Shown here in pieces: positions 1 to 8,331 of a stretch of 64,000 nucleotides of DNA (position 1 is the stretch's first letter; every line of letters begins with the position of its first letter). The stretch covers positions 1,620 through 65,619 of the forward strand of contig NZ_JAUYFA010000058.1 of the NCBI RefSeq assembly GCF_030691135.1. Reading direction: 5' to 3'. The stretch comes from Phreatobacter sp. (GTDB lineage: Bacteria > Pseudomonadota > Alphaproteobacteria > Rhizobiales > Phreatobacteraceae). Under the pieces are notes generated by a model. It was not told the origin of the DNA, searched no databases, and saw only the letters and a list, made by a program, of their open reading frames with translations. Made by a program: the position numbers and the translations under genes.

Positions 1-2
1 GG

Positions 3-662
3 CTGACCTTTCTCCAGCTCACCTACAACAACCAGTCGCTGCTCGGCGCCGGCTGGCAGGAATATGAGGACGGCGGCATCACCCGCATGGGCCGCGAGGT
101 CATCGCCGAGATGAACCGGCTCGCCATGGTCATCGACATGTCCCATGCCGGCGAGCGCACCGCGATCGAGGCGATCGAGCGTTCGGCGCGGCCGGTGACC
201 GTCTCCCACGCCAATCCGCGCTGGTGGCGCGACACGCCCCGCAACGTCTCCGACCGCGTCATCGACGCGCTCGCCGCCCATGACGGCCTCCTCGGCCTGT
301 CGCTCTATCCGCACCATCTGGCCGGCGGCTCGGCCTGCACCCTCGCCGAATTCGCCGCCATGGCGGCGCGCCTCGCTGAGCGGATCGGCCCTGATCGCAT
401 CGGCATCGGCTCGGACCTCTGCCAGGACCAGCCCGATTCCGCCGTCGCATGGATGCGCGACGGGCGCTGGACGTTCCAGACGGCTGCGAACCCCAACGGG
501 CCGCCGGTCTTTCCGGCCCAGCCCGCCTGGTTTCGCAGCAATGCCGATTTTCCGGGCATCGCCGCGGGCCTCGCCGCCACAGGCTTTGCACCGGCGGAGG
601 TCGAGGGCATCATGGGCGAGAACTGGATGGCATTCCTGCGCCGGGCCCTCGCGCCGGGGTGA
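3..662 (+). CDS. membrane dipeptidase (peptidase M19 family), 5' end outside window
   Basis: The frame is open from the window edge (LTFLQLTYNNQSLLG...). GREVIAEMNRLAMVIDMSHAGERT and VSHANPR motifs are typical of renal-dipeptidase/M19 enzymes. Stop is TGA 660-662. Confidence 0.8.
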   Translation: MTFLQLTYNNQSLLGAGWQEYEDGGITRMGREVIAEMNRLAMVIDMSHAGERTAIEAIERSARPVTVSHANPRWWRDTPRNVSDRVIDALAAHDGLLGLSLYPHHLAGGSACTLAEFAAMAARLAERIGPDRIGIGSDLCQDQPDSAVAWMRDGRWTFQTAANPNGPPVFPAQPAWFRSNADFPGIAAGLAATGFAPAEVEGIMGENWMAFLRRALAPG

Positions 663-735
663 GACTGGCGCGGACCATGCATGAGGGCTGCGGCGGCCGG
701 TGGGGCTGCCGGCCCCGAGGGGTTGAGGAAATGAC

Positions 736-1746
736 ATGCCGCGCATGACAGTCGATGCCATCGAAGCTCTCGCCGCTGCGGCGCTGCGCCGGCATGGGGC
801 GAACGAGGTGCAGGCCAAGGCGCTGGCCGCCGGCCTCGCCGGTGCCGAGCGCGACGGCATCCGCTCCCACGGGCTGATGTACCTGCCGGTCTATTGCGAG
901 CATCTGACCTGCGGCAAGGTGATCGGCGGCGCCGAGCCGGTCCTCACCCGGCCGGCCCCGGGCAGCCTGGTCGTCGATGCCGGTGCGGGCTTCGCCCACG
1001 CCGCCATCGACCTCGGCCTGCCCGACCTGATCGCCACCGCGCGAAGCCAGGGCATCGCCAGCCTCGCCATCCGCAATTCCTACAATTGCGGCGTCCTCGC
1101 CTATCATACCGAGCGGATCGCCGAGGCAGGACTCGTCGGCCTCGGCTTCACCAATGCGCCGGCCTCCATCGCCCCTTCCGGCGGTCGCAAGGCGGTGCTC
1201 GGCACCAATCCCTGGTCCCTCGCGGTCCCGGACGGCGCCGGCGGCGCCCGTTTCGTCATCGACCAGAGCGCCAGCGTCATCGCCAAGAGCGAGGTGATCA
1301 AGCGCTCGAAATCCGGTGAGGCCATTCCCGAGGGCTGGGCGCTGGACGCCGACGGCCGGCCGACCACCGACCCGGTCGAGGGCCTCAAGGGCACGATGGT
1401 GCCGTCGGGCGGCTACAAGGGCGTCGGCGCGGCGCTGCTGGTGGAAGTCTTCGCCGCCTGTCTCGCGGGCGCGACGCCCGGCATCCAGGCGAGCCCCTTT
1501 TCCGGCCCCGCAGGCGGGCCGCCGAGGACCGGTCAGTTCTTCATCGCGCTGGCGCCGGACATCTCCTCCGGCGGCGCCTTCGCCGACCGGCTCAGCGTCG
1601 TGGTCGAAGCGCTGGGCGCCGAAACCGGCGGACGGCTTCCCGGCGGACGGCGGGCTGCAGCGCGCGCCCGCATCGCCGCCGAGGGCGTCGAGGTCGACGA
1701 GGCGACCGGGGCCATGCTGCTCCGGCTGGCGGGGCAGGGCGCATGA
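736..1746 (+). CDS. Ldh_2 family oxidoreductase (malate/L-lactate/sulfolactate/ureidoglycolate dehydrogenase type 2 family)
   Basis: 336 aa. SD GAGGAA lies 5 nt before ATG 736. The N-terminal region (AGAERDGIRSHGLMYLPVY) and GYKG motif are typical of Ldh_2 enzymes. The stop overlaps the next start (ATGA at 1743-1746). Confidence 0.8.
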   Translation: MPRMTVDAIEALAAAALRRHGANEVQAKALAAGLAGAERDGIRSHGLMYLPVYCEHLTCGKVIGGAEPVLTRPAPGSLVVDAGAGFAHAAIDLGLPDLIATARSQGIASLAIRNSYNCGVLAYHTERIAEAGLVGLGFTNAPASIAPSGGRKAVLGTNPWSLAVPDGAGGARFVIDQSASVIAKSEVIKRSKSGEAIPEGWALDADGRPTTDPVEGLKGTMVPSGGYKGVGAALLVEVFAACLAGATPGIQASPFSGPAGGPPRTGQFFIALAPDISSGGAFADRLSVVVEALGAETGGRLPGGRRAAARARIAAEGVEVDEATGAMLLRLAGQGA

Positions 1747-3395
1747 CGATGGCCCTCCGCCCGCCTGACGAGGTGATGCGGCTCGACCGCCTTGGCGCCG
1801 CCCATCCGACGCGGCTGAGTTTCCTGCGCGCCTTGCTGCGGCGGGTGGAAGGTGAGGGCTGGTCCTATCGCCGCACCGCCTGGGAGATCGATCCGGAAGG
1901 CTTCGGCCATGCCGTGCTGACCGTCGTCGCGCCGGCGAGCACCTATTCGCTGGTCGCCTTCTCGACGCCGCTCGCCGACGAGATGCGCACCGACCGCGTC
2001 ATCGCCGAGGCCTGGGACACGAGCTATGTCCTCTATGACGGCGTCCCCGACGCCGCCGAGATCGCCCGGCTGCGCGCCAATGCCCCGCGCCAGGAGGCCG
2101 GCCGCTTCACCGAGCGCGATCTGGTGCTGGCCCGCGCCAACAAGAGTGTCCGTCTGTTCGCCCATGTGGCCGAAAGCCTCGCGAACGGCCATCAGCCGGA
2201 TGCGGATCTGCTGGCGAGCGTCGGCTATCTGATGCGCACCACCGCCGTCTACGGCAACGGCAAGTTCGGCATCGCCGACCGCGACCGCATCGCCGGCCGC
2301 ACCGAACTCGCCGGTCCGTTCCGCGCCGAGATGCTCGCTGTCTGGCTGATCCGCGCCTTCACCCTCGATCTCGTCGAACATGTCGCTGCGGCGCAGGGCG
2401 GGGCGCGTGCGACGACCCTCGACCCGTCGCTGCGGCGCAGCCTCGGCGTCGGCAATTCCACCGGCCTCGGCATGGCGCCCTTCCTGGTCCGTCATCCCCT
2501 CCTGGTCCACCGCTGGTTCCATGCCCGCGAGACGGCGCTGGCGCGGGTGCGCGCGCTGGCCGCCGCCGGTCCCGCCGAACAGGCGGCGTTCCGGACGGCA
2601 CTGGCGGCGATGCGCCAGACCGTGAGCCGCTGGCACACCGAGGATCCGGTGCAGGCGCCGCGGGTCGCGGTGCTGGCAGATGATCTCGCCGCCCTGGCCG
2701 CCGCCGCCGGACCGCTCCTGGCCGGGCCCGATCCCTGGGACGCGCTCTATCGTCACGCCTGTGAGGCTCTGTCCGTCGAAGCACAGGAGGCGGTGGTGGC
2801 GCTCGTTCTCGAGCCGCACGGCGCCCTGGTCGACGATCTGGCCGAGACCATGCAGGCCGACGAGGACACCGTCTTCCGCATCGACGGGACGATGACCGTC
2901 GGCGCATTGATCGCCCAGCTCGCCGAACATTACGGCTGGGTGCGCCGGTTCGACTTTTCCGACCCCGCCAGCGAGGCGCGCTTCTGGTACGTCTCGGAAG
3001 AAAAGCTGGAGCCGCGGCTCGGCGAGCGCGGGGCAGAGGACGGCGCTGAACGCGAACAGCCGCTGGCGGTGGCCCGTGACGTGAGCCGGCTCGGGGCGGC
3101 GCTACTCGCCGCGCGACAGGACGAGCCGGTCGCCGCCTTCCTGATGCGGCAGCCCGCCTTCCGCCATGTCGTGCGGCGGGCGCAGGTCGCCATCGCCCAT
3201 CCCTATGCCGAGGTGCGCGACAATCTCGTCGCGGCCACCATGCGGCCCGTCGATTTGCTGCGGGCCAAGCTCGCCTTTTTTGGCGCCAGCCGCTTCGATC
3301 CGCGCTCCGACCGCTGGCTGCGGATTTCGCTCTTCGCCGATGCGCCCTTCCCGGAGGAGATCTGCCGGCAGGACCGGGAGCGCATCGCCTCATGA
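1743..3395 (+). CDS. hypothetical protein, 550 aa, no family recognised
   Basis: Long ORF with an ATGA overlap to the upstream gene and a protein-like, non-repetitive translation. The competing antisense and alternate-frame ORFs are Arg/Pro/Ala-rich artefact-like strings. I recognise no catalytic motif. Confidence 0.65.
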   Translation: MTMALRPPDEVMRLDRLGAAHPTRLSFLRALLRRVEGEGWSYRRTAWEIDPEGFGHAVLTVVAPASTYSLVAFSTPLADEMRTDRVIAEAWDTSYVLYDGVPDAAEIARLRANAPRQEAGRFTERDLVLARANKSVRLFAHVAESLANGHQPDADLLASVGYLMRTTAVYGNGKFGIADRDRIAGRTELAGPFRAEMLAVWLIRAFTLDLVEHVAAAQGGARATTLDPSLRRSLGVGNSTGLGMAPFLVRHPLLVHRWFHARETALARVRALAAAGPAEQAAFRTALAAMRQTVSRWHTEDPVQAPRVAVLADDLAALAAAAGPLLAGPDPWDALYRHACEALSVEAQEAVVALVLEPHGALVDDLAETMQADEDTVFRIDGTMTVGALIAQLAEHYGWVRRFDFSDPASEARFWYVSEEKLEPRLGERGAEDGAEREQPLAVARDVSRLGAALLAARQDEPVAAFLMRQPAFRHVVRRAQVAIAHPYAEVRDNLVAATMRPVDLLRAKLAFFGASRFDPRSDRWLRISLFADAPFPEEICRQDRERIAS

Positions 3396-3405
3396 GGTGG
3401 CTTTC

Positions 3406-3798
3406 GTGACGGCCGGCCTGATCGACATGTCGCTCAACGAGGTGGAGACTCTCGCCGCCAAGGCAGCGCGGGGGGCGGGGCTGTCCTGGGGCGGCGCCGA
3501 GGAATTCGGCCGGGCGGCGCGGCTGCTCGCCACGGCGGGCCGCGACTGGCCGGCGCTGGTCACAGCTCTCGCCGGAACGGCTGACGACGTCGCTGCCGAA
3601 GCGGCGGCGCTGGCGCGCTGCGAGGCGACCCTTGAAGCGGCGGGCCTCGGCGCGCCGGGTTCCGGCGTGGCGACCCGCGCTGCGGTGGCCCCGGCGACGC
3701 TCGCGGCGCTCGAGGCGCTGGCCGCCAGGACCTATGTCCCGGCATCGGCGCAGTCGCGGGTCCTGGGCGCCGGCGCAGGGCTGACCGACAACGACTGA
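3406..3798 (+). CDS. small Ala/Gly-rich hypothetical protein (possibly DUF3726-like)
   Basis: GTG 3406 is preceded by GAGGTGG (3393-3399) and lies 10 nt after the upstream stop. The N-terminus MSLNEVETLAAKAARGAGLSWGGAEEFGRAA resembles what I remember of DUF3726 proteins. ATG 3427 is an alternative start. Confidence 0.5.
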   Translation: MTAGLIDMSLNEVETLAAKAARGAGLSWGGAEEFGRAARLLATAGRDWPALVTALAGTADDVAAEAAALARCEATLEAAGLGAPGSGVATRAAVAPATLAALEALAARTYVPASAQSRVLGAGAGLTDND

Positions 3799-3886
3799 TC
3801 CGGAGAATACCGCAGACGTTTTGGCGTTGCGTCACCGACCATTGCAGATAGGCTGTTCTTCGAAAGCCGCACCGAGGGAAATGCGC

Positions 3887-5005
3887 ATGGCAGGCAAGGC
3901 TTCGGCCCAGGTGATCGCGATGCGCGGCGCCGGCTACTATTCCTCCAACACCGTGGGTGCCAAGGCCGTCATCGACAAGGCCGGCGACCTCGTCGTCGAA
4001 GCCCTCGGGAGCATGGCGATCAAGCCGGCCAAGACCGCCTTCTCGGTCTGCGACTACGGCGCCGCCGATGGTGGCACCTCCCTCGACATGATGCGGCGCC
4101 TCGTCGAGACGGTCCGGCAGCGGGCCCCCGACCGCGCCATCCAGGTCACCTATACCGACCTGCCGCACAACGACTTCTCGGCGCTGTTCCGGCTCACCCA
4201 GGGCCTCCTCGGCGACCAGGCCAAGACGCCGCTCGCCGAGACGCCGAACCTCTACATCGCCGGCTCGGGGACGAGCTTCTACAAGCAGATCGTGCCGGAC
4301 GGCACGCTGCATCTCGGCTTTTCCGCTACCGCCATGCACTGGCTGAGCAAGCGGCCCGGGCTCATCGCCGACCATGTCCAGGCGGTCGGCGCCACGGCGG
4401 CGGAACAGGCGCTGTTTCGCCGCCAGGCCATGGCCGACTGGGACACGATCCTGCTCGCCCGCGCCAGGGAACTGGCGCCCGGCGGCAGGCTGGTCCTTGC
4501 CAATTTCTGCGCCGACGAGCAGGGCCGCTATCTCGGCCATACCGGCGGTGTGAACATGTTCGACGCCTTCGCCCGCCACTGGCGCGACCTGTGGAAGAAG
4601 GGGCGCATCACCGAGGCGGAATATCGGGGCGCGACGTTCCAGCAGTTCTACAAGACGCCGGACGAATTCGCCGCGCCCTTCCGCGACAAGGGCTCGGCCG
4701 TTTCCCGCGCCGGCCTCAGGCTCGATCACATCTCGACGACGGTGACGGCCTGCCCCTATGCGGCTGATTTCGCCAGGCACGGCGACGCCGCCGCTTTCGC
4801 CAGCGCCTATGTGCCGACCCTGCGCTCCTGGTCAGAGACCGTCTTCGCCGGCGCTCTCGACGCCAAGCGGTCGGCGCATGAGCGGGGCTCCATCGTCGAC
4901 GCCTTCTACGGCGCCTACGAGGCCGACGTCGCCCAGAACCCCGCCGGCCACGCCATGGACTACGTCCATTGCTTCATGGTCATCGGCAAGAAGGGCGGCC
5001 GCTGA
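3887..5005 (+). CDS. SAM-dependent methyltransferase, SABATH / Methyltransf_7-like
   Basis: Motifs MRGAGYYSSNTVGAK, CDYGAADGGTSL, VTYTDLPHNDFSALF and GSGTSFYKQIVPDGTLHLGFSATAMHWLS line up with the plant-type carboxyl methyltransferase signatures (M.GG...SY..NS, NDLP.NDFN, GSFY.RLFP...H...SS.SLHWLS). ATG 3887 has GAGGGA 8 nt upstream. The ORF-track start at 3821 is TTG. Confidence 0.75.
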   Translation: MAGKASAQVIAMRGAGYYSSNTVGAKAVIDKAGDLVVEALGSMAIKPAKTAFSVCDYGAADGGTSLDMMRRLVETVRQRAPDRAIQVTYTDLPHNDFSALFRLTQGLLGDQAKTPLAETPNLYIAGSGTSFYKQIVPDGTLHLGFSATAMHWLSKRPGLIADHVQAVGATAAEQALFRRQAMADWDTILLARARELAPGGRLVLANFCADEQGRYLGHTGGVNMFDAFARHWRDLWKKGRITEAEYRGATFQQFYKTPDEFAAPFRDKGSAVSRAGLRLDHISTTVTACPYAADFARHGDAAAFASAYVPTLRSWSETVFAGALDAKRSAHERGSIVDAFYGAYEADVAQNPAGHAMDYVHCFMVIGKKGGR

Positions 5006-5087
5006 CGCATCACACGACCAGTCTTTGGGGGAACGTCGAGGAAGGCACGCAAAAGGGCCACCGACGCCGATTACACGGGAGACCAAC

Positions 5088-6176
5088 ATGAAGAGACGTC
5101 ATTTTCTGGCCGGAACGGCGGGCGCTGCCGCTGCAACCCTCGCTGCGCCGGCTCTGGCCCAGGCTCCCACCGTGCGCTGGCGCATGGTGACGAGCTGGCC
5201 GAAGAGCCTCGACACCATCCACGGCTCGGCCATGGCCATGGCCGAGCGCATCAGCCAGATCACCGAGGGCAGGTTCCAGATCCAGGTCTTCGCCGCCGGC
5301 GAGATCGTGCCGGCCCTCGGCGTCTTCGATGCGACGTCGAATTCCACGGTCGAGTGTTCCCACACGCTCTCCAGCTACTTTTTCGGGCGCAACCCGGCCA
5401 TCGGCTTCGACGGCGGCATGCCCTTCGGCCTCAACACCCGCCAGCAGCAGGCCTGGATGGTGGCGGGCGGCGGCAAGGAGCTGATGCGCGATGTCTTCGC
5501 CAAGTTCGGCCTCGTCGCGGTCCCCTGCGGCAATGTCGGTGTCCAGATGGGCGGCTGGTTCCGCAAGGAGATCAACACGCTCGAGGATCTCAAGGGCCTG
5601 AAGTTCCGCATCGGCGGCATCGGCGGCACCGTCCTCTCCAAGCTCGGCGCCGTGCCCCAGCAGATCGCCGCCGGCGACATCTATTCCTCGCTCGAGCGCG
5701 GCACGATCGACGCCGCCGAGTGGATCGGCCCCTATGACGACGAGAAGCTCGGCTTCGCCAAGGTGGCGCGCTTCTACTACACGCCCGGTTTCTGGGAGGG
5801 CGCGGCGCAGATCACCTCCTTCGTCAATCAGGCGAAATGGGCCGAGCTGCCGCCCGCCTTCAAGGCCGCCTACGAGGCCGCCGCGAGCGAGCAATGCGTG
5901 CAGATGATGGCCAATTACGACGCCAAGAACCCGGACGCCCTGCGCCGGCTCGTGGCGGCCGGAGCCCAGCTGCGCGCCTTCCCGCGCCCGGTTCTCGACG
6001 CCTGCCTCAAGGCGACCGTCGAGACGCTCGACGATTTCGCCGCGAAGAGCCCGGAGTTCAAGACCGTCTACGACAGCTGGAAGAAGTTCACCGACGATTC
6101 GAACCTGTGGTTCCGCATCGCCGAGAACACCCTCGACCAGTTCCGCTTCGCAGCGCCCAGCTGGGTGAAGAGCTGA
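5088..6176 (+). CDS. TRAP transporter substrate-binding protein (DctP family) with Tat-type signal
   Basis: MKRRHFLAGTAGAAAATLAAPALAQA is a twin-arginine signal. The body (WRMVTSWPKSLD, GGWFRKEINTLEDLKGLKFRIGG) is typical of DctP-type TRAP binding proteins. SD GGGAGA precedes ATG 5088. Confidence 0.8.
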   Translation: MKRRHFLAGTAGAAAATLAAPALAQAPTVRWRMVTSWPKSLDTIHGSAMAMAERISQITEGRFQIQVFAAGEIVPALGVFDATSNSTVECSHTLSSYFFGRNPAIGFDGGMPFGLNTRQQQAWMVAGGGKELMRDVFAKFGLVAVPCGNVGVQMGGWFRKEINTLEDLKGLKFRIGGIGGTVLSKLGAVPQQIAAGDIYSSLERGTIDAAEWIGPYDDEKLGFAKVARFYYTPGFWEGAAQITSFVNQAKWAELPPAFKAAYEAAASEQCVQMMANYDAKNPDALRRLVAAGAQLRAFPRPVLDACLKATVETLDDFAAKSPEFKTVYDSWKKFTDDSNLWFRIAENTLDQFRFAAPSWVKS

Positions 6177-6358
6177 TCCGGACGGGCGTCGGCGGCGCCG
6201 GCGCCCTGACGCCGATGCACGGCGGCGCAGCATTGTGCTGCGCTGCACAGGAATCTGCGTCACTTACGTAGATATTCGTATGCCACCTTATGGAACAGCA
6301 CCCCTAGACTGGTGCGAGAAGCGGTCATGTTCGTAAGGACCGCCAGAGGAGAACGACG

Positions 6359-7321
6359 ATGTCGCAACCGTCCACCCTGCGCGGCCTCCTGGCCGGCGCG
6401 GCCCTTGCTGTCGGCCTGGCTCTCGCCGGCCCCGCCAGTGCCCAGACCAAGGTCAGCATCGGCATTTCCGGCTGGACCGGCTTCGCGCCGCTGACGCTGG
6501 CCAAGGAAGCCGGCATCTTCGCCCGCAACGGCCTCGACGTGACGATCCGCAAGATCCCGCAGGCGAGCCGCCACCTCGCCATCGCCTCGGGTGACCTCCA
6601 GTGCGCCGCCACCACGGTCGAGACCTGGATCGTCTGGAACGCCAACGGCATCGCCACGACCCAGCTGTTCCAGCTCGACAAGAGCTACGGCGCCGACGGC
6701 ATGGCGGTCCGCAACGGCATCAACTCGATCCGCGACCTTCGCGGCAAGACGGTGGCAGCCTCCGCCCCCGGCACTGCGCCCTATTTCACGCTCGCCTGGA
6801 TGCTGAAGGAGAACGGCCTCTCCATCCGCGACGTCACCGTCGTCAACATGGAGCCGGGAGCCGCCGCCCAGGCCTTCGTCGCCGGCCAGAACGATGCGGC
6901 GATGACCTACGAGCCCTTCCTGTCCTCGGTGCGCAATGCGCCCCAGGCCGGCAAGATCATCGCCACCACCCTCGACTATCCGATGGTGATGGACACGTTC
7001 GGCTGCACGCCGGCCTTCATCCAGGCCAACGAGGCCGCCGTCCGGGCGCTCGCCAAGAGCTATTTCGAGGCGCTCGAGATGATCAAGACCAACCAGGCGG
7101 AGTCCTACCGCATCATGGGCGCCGACGTGCGCCAGACGGCCGAACAATTCGGCAATTCGGCCCAGTATCTGCGCTGGCAGGACCGCGAGGCGAACCGGAC
7201 TTTCTTCGCCGGCGAGTGGCGCACGTTCTCCGAGAAGGCCGCCGACCTGCTGCTCGAGCTCGGCATCATCCGCAACAAGCCGAACTTCGACACCATGGTC
7301 GACACGCGCTTCATCCAGTAG
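6359..7321 (+). CDS. ABC transporter substrate-binding protein (NitT/TauT, NMT1-like)
   Basis: Has a signal peptide ending ASAQ. GISGWTGFAPLTLAKEAGIF and DLRGKTVA motifs are typical of the aliphatic sulfonate/nitrate/taurine binding-protein family. SD AGAGGAG precedes the ATG. Confidence 0.8.
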   Translation: MSQPSTLRGLLAGAALAVGLALAGPASAQTKVSIGISGWTGFAPLTLAKEAGIFARNGLDVTIRKIPQASRHLAIASGDLQCAATTVETWIVWNANGIATTQLFQLDKSYGADGMAVRNGINSIRDLRGKTVAASAPGTAPYFTLAWMLKENGLSIRDVTVVNMEPGAAAQAFVAGQNDAAMTYEPFLSSVRNAPQAGKIIATTLDYPMVMDTFGCTPAFIQANEAAVRALAKSYFEALEMIKTNQAESYRIMGADVRQTAEQFGNSAQYLRWQDREANRTFFAGEWRTFSEKAADLLLELGIIRNKPNFDTMVDTRFIQ

Positions 7322-7370
7322 GGGCGGACGAATGCGGCGGTCGTGAGCGAAAGCCGCGACCGCCCACGAC

Positions 7371-7514
7371 GTCATGCCCGGCCTCGTGCCGGGCATCCAC
7401 GAATTCCTGCCAGGTCGTGGTCAAGTCGTGGATGGCCGGCATGGCCGGGGCAAAGCCCCGGCGTGTCCAAGCCTTGAGCGGCGGCCGCAGGCCGCTTTTG
7501 GCCCGGCCATGACG
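7371..7514. repeat. MITE/REP-like GC-rich palindromic intergenic element, long copy
   Basis: Termini GTCATGCCCGG (7371-) and CCGGCCATGAC(G) (-7514) are inverted repeats. It shares GGCATCCACGA and an identical 19-mer TCAAGTCGTGGATGGCCGG with the element at 28605-28685. Internal hairpins are ATGCCCGGC/GCCGGGCAT and GCCGGGG-CAAA-CCCCGGC. Confidence 0.7.
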
Positions 7515-7557
7515 CTTGGGAAGTTGCGCCCATGCCCGCATCGGAACGGATGAGTCC

Positions 7558-8331
7558 ATGAAACCCCTCGAGCCCGTATCGACGACGGCGCGTGTCGTTC
7601 TCGGCATCTCCTTCTTCGTCATCTTCTTCGCGGCCTGGGCGGCGGTGACCTTCGGCGGCCTCGTGCCGAAGATCTTCCTCGCCGATCCCGTCACGATGCT
7701 GCAGGAGGGCTGGTATCTCATCACCAACCACGGCTTCCTCGTCGACATCGGGGTCACCGTCTGGCGCGTCGTCGGCGGCTTCATCCTGGCGGCACTCGTC
7801 GCCGTGCCGCTTGGCCTCGCCATGGGCGCCTACAAGCCGGTCGAGGCCTTCTTCGAGCCTTTCGTCTCCTTCGCCCGCTATCTGCCGGCCTCCGCCTTCA
7901 TCCCGCTCTTCATTCTCTGGGCGGGTGTCGGCGAGAAGCAGAAGCTGCTGGTCATTTTCGTCGGTTCGGTCTTCCAGATCGTCCTGATGGTGGCGGTGGC
8001 GGTGGGATCGATCCGCCGCGACCTGGTCGAGGCGGCGCTGACGCTCGGCGCGCGCGACCAGGGCATCGTCGGCCGGGTCATGGTGCCCTATGCGGCACCG
8101 CAGATCGCCGAGATCCTGCGGCTCGTCCTCGGCTGGGCCTGGACCTATGTCATTGTTGCCGAGCTGATCGGCTCGTCCTCCGGCATCGGCCACATGATCA
8201 TCGAGAGCCAGGCGCTGCTTGCCACCGGCCAGATGATCTTCGGCATCATCGTGATCGGCGTAATCGGCCTCATCTCGGACTTCCTGTTCAAGGCCGTGAA
8301 CCAGAAGATGTTCCCCTGGAGCACGATATGA
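7558..8331 (+). CDS. ABC transporter permease (NitT/TauT family)
   Basis: Multi-pass hydrophobic protein carrying the BPD_transp_1 EAA-like region (DLVEAALTLGARDQGIVGRVMVPYAAPQI). ATG 7558 is chosen over the upstream in-frame start at 7516. Confidence 0.85.
   Translation: MKPLEPVSTTARVVLGISFFVIFFAAWAAVTFGGLVPKIFLADPVTMLQEGWYLITNHGFLVDIGVTVWRVVGGFILAALVAVPLGLAMGAYKPVEAFFEPFVSFARYLPASAFIPLFILWAGVGEKQKLLVIFVGSVFQIVLMVAVAVGSIRRDLVEAALTLGARDQGIVGRVMVPYAAPQIAEILRLVLGWAWTYVIVAELIGSSSGIGHMIIESQALLATGQMIFGIIVIGVIGLISDFLFKAVNQKMFPWSTI

Noticed and set aside
4758-5087. A 110-codon N-terminal extension of the TRAP binding-protein ORF that overlaps the methyltransferase gene.
   Set aside because: The extension is Pro/Ser/Thr/Arg-rich and overlaps a well-supported CDS. 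A perfect Tat signal with an SD starts at ATG 5088.
6232-6249. Shared half-site ATTGTGC(A)/TGCACA(AT) in three intergenic regions (6232-6249, 25724-25740 and 36384-36391), considered as a common regulator motif.
   Set aside because: Orientation and spacing differ: tail-to-tail at 6232, head-to-head at 25724 and a single copy at 36384. A back-of-envelope estimate assuming about one-third A+T gives on the order of one chance occurrence of the 8-mer in 64 kb on both strands. A proper motif-enrichment test on the whole genome would be needed.
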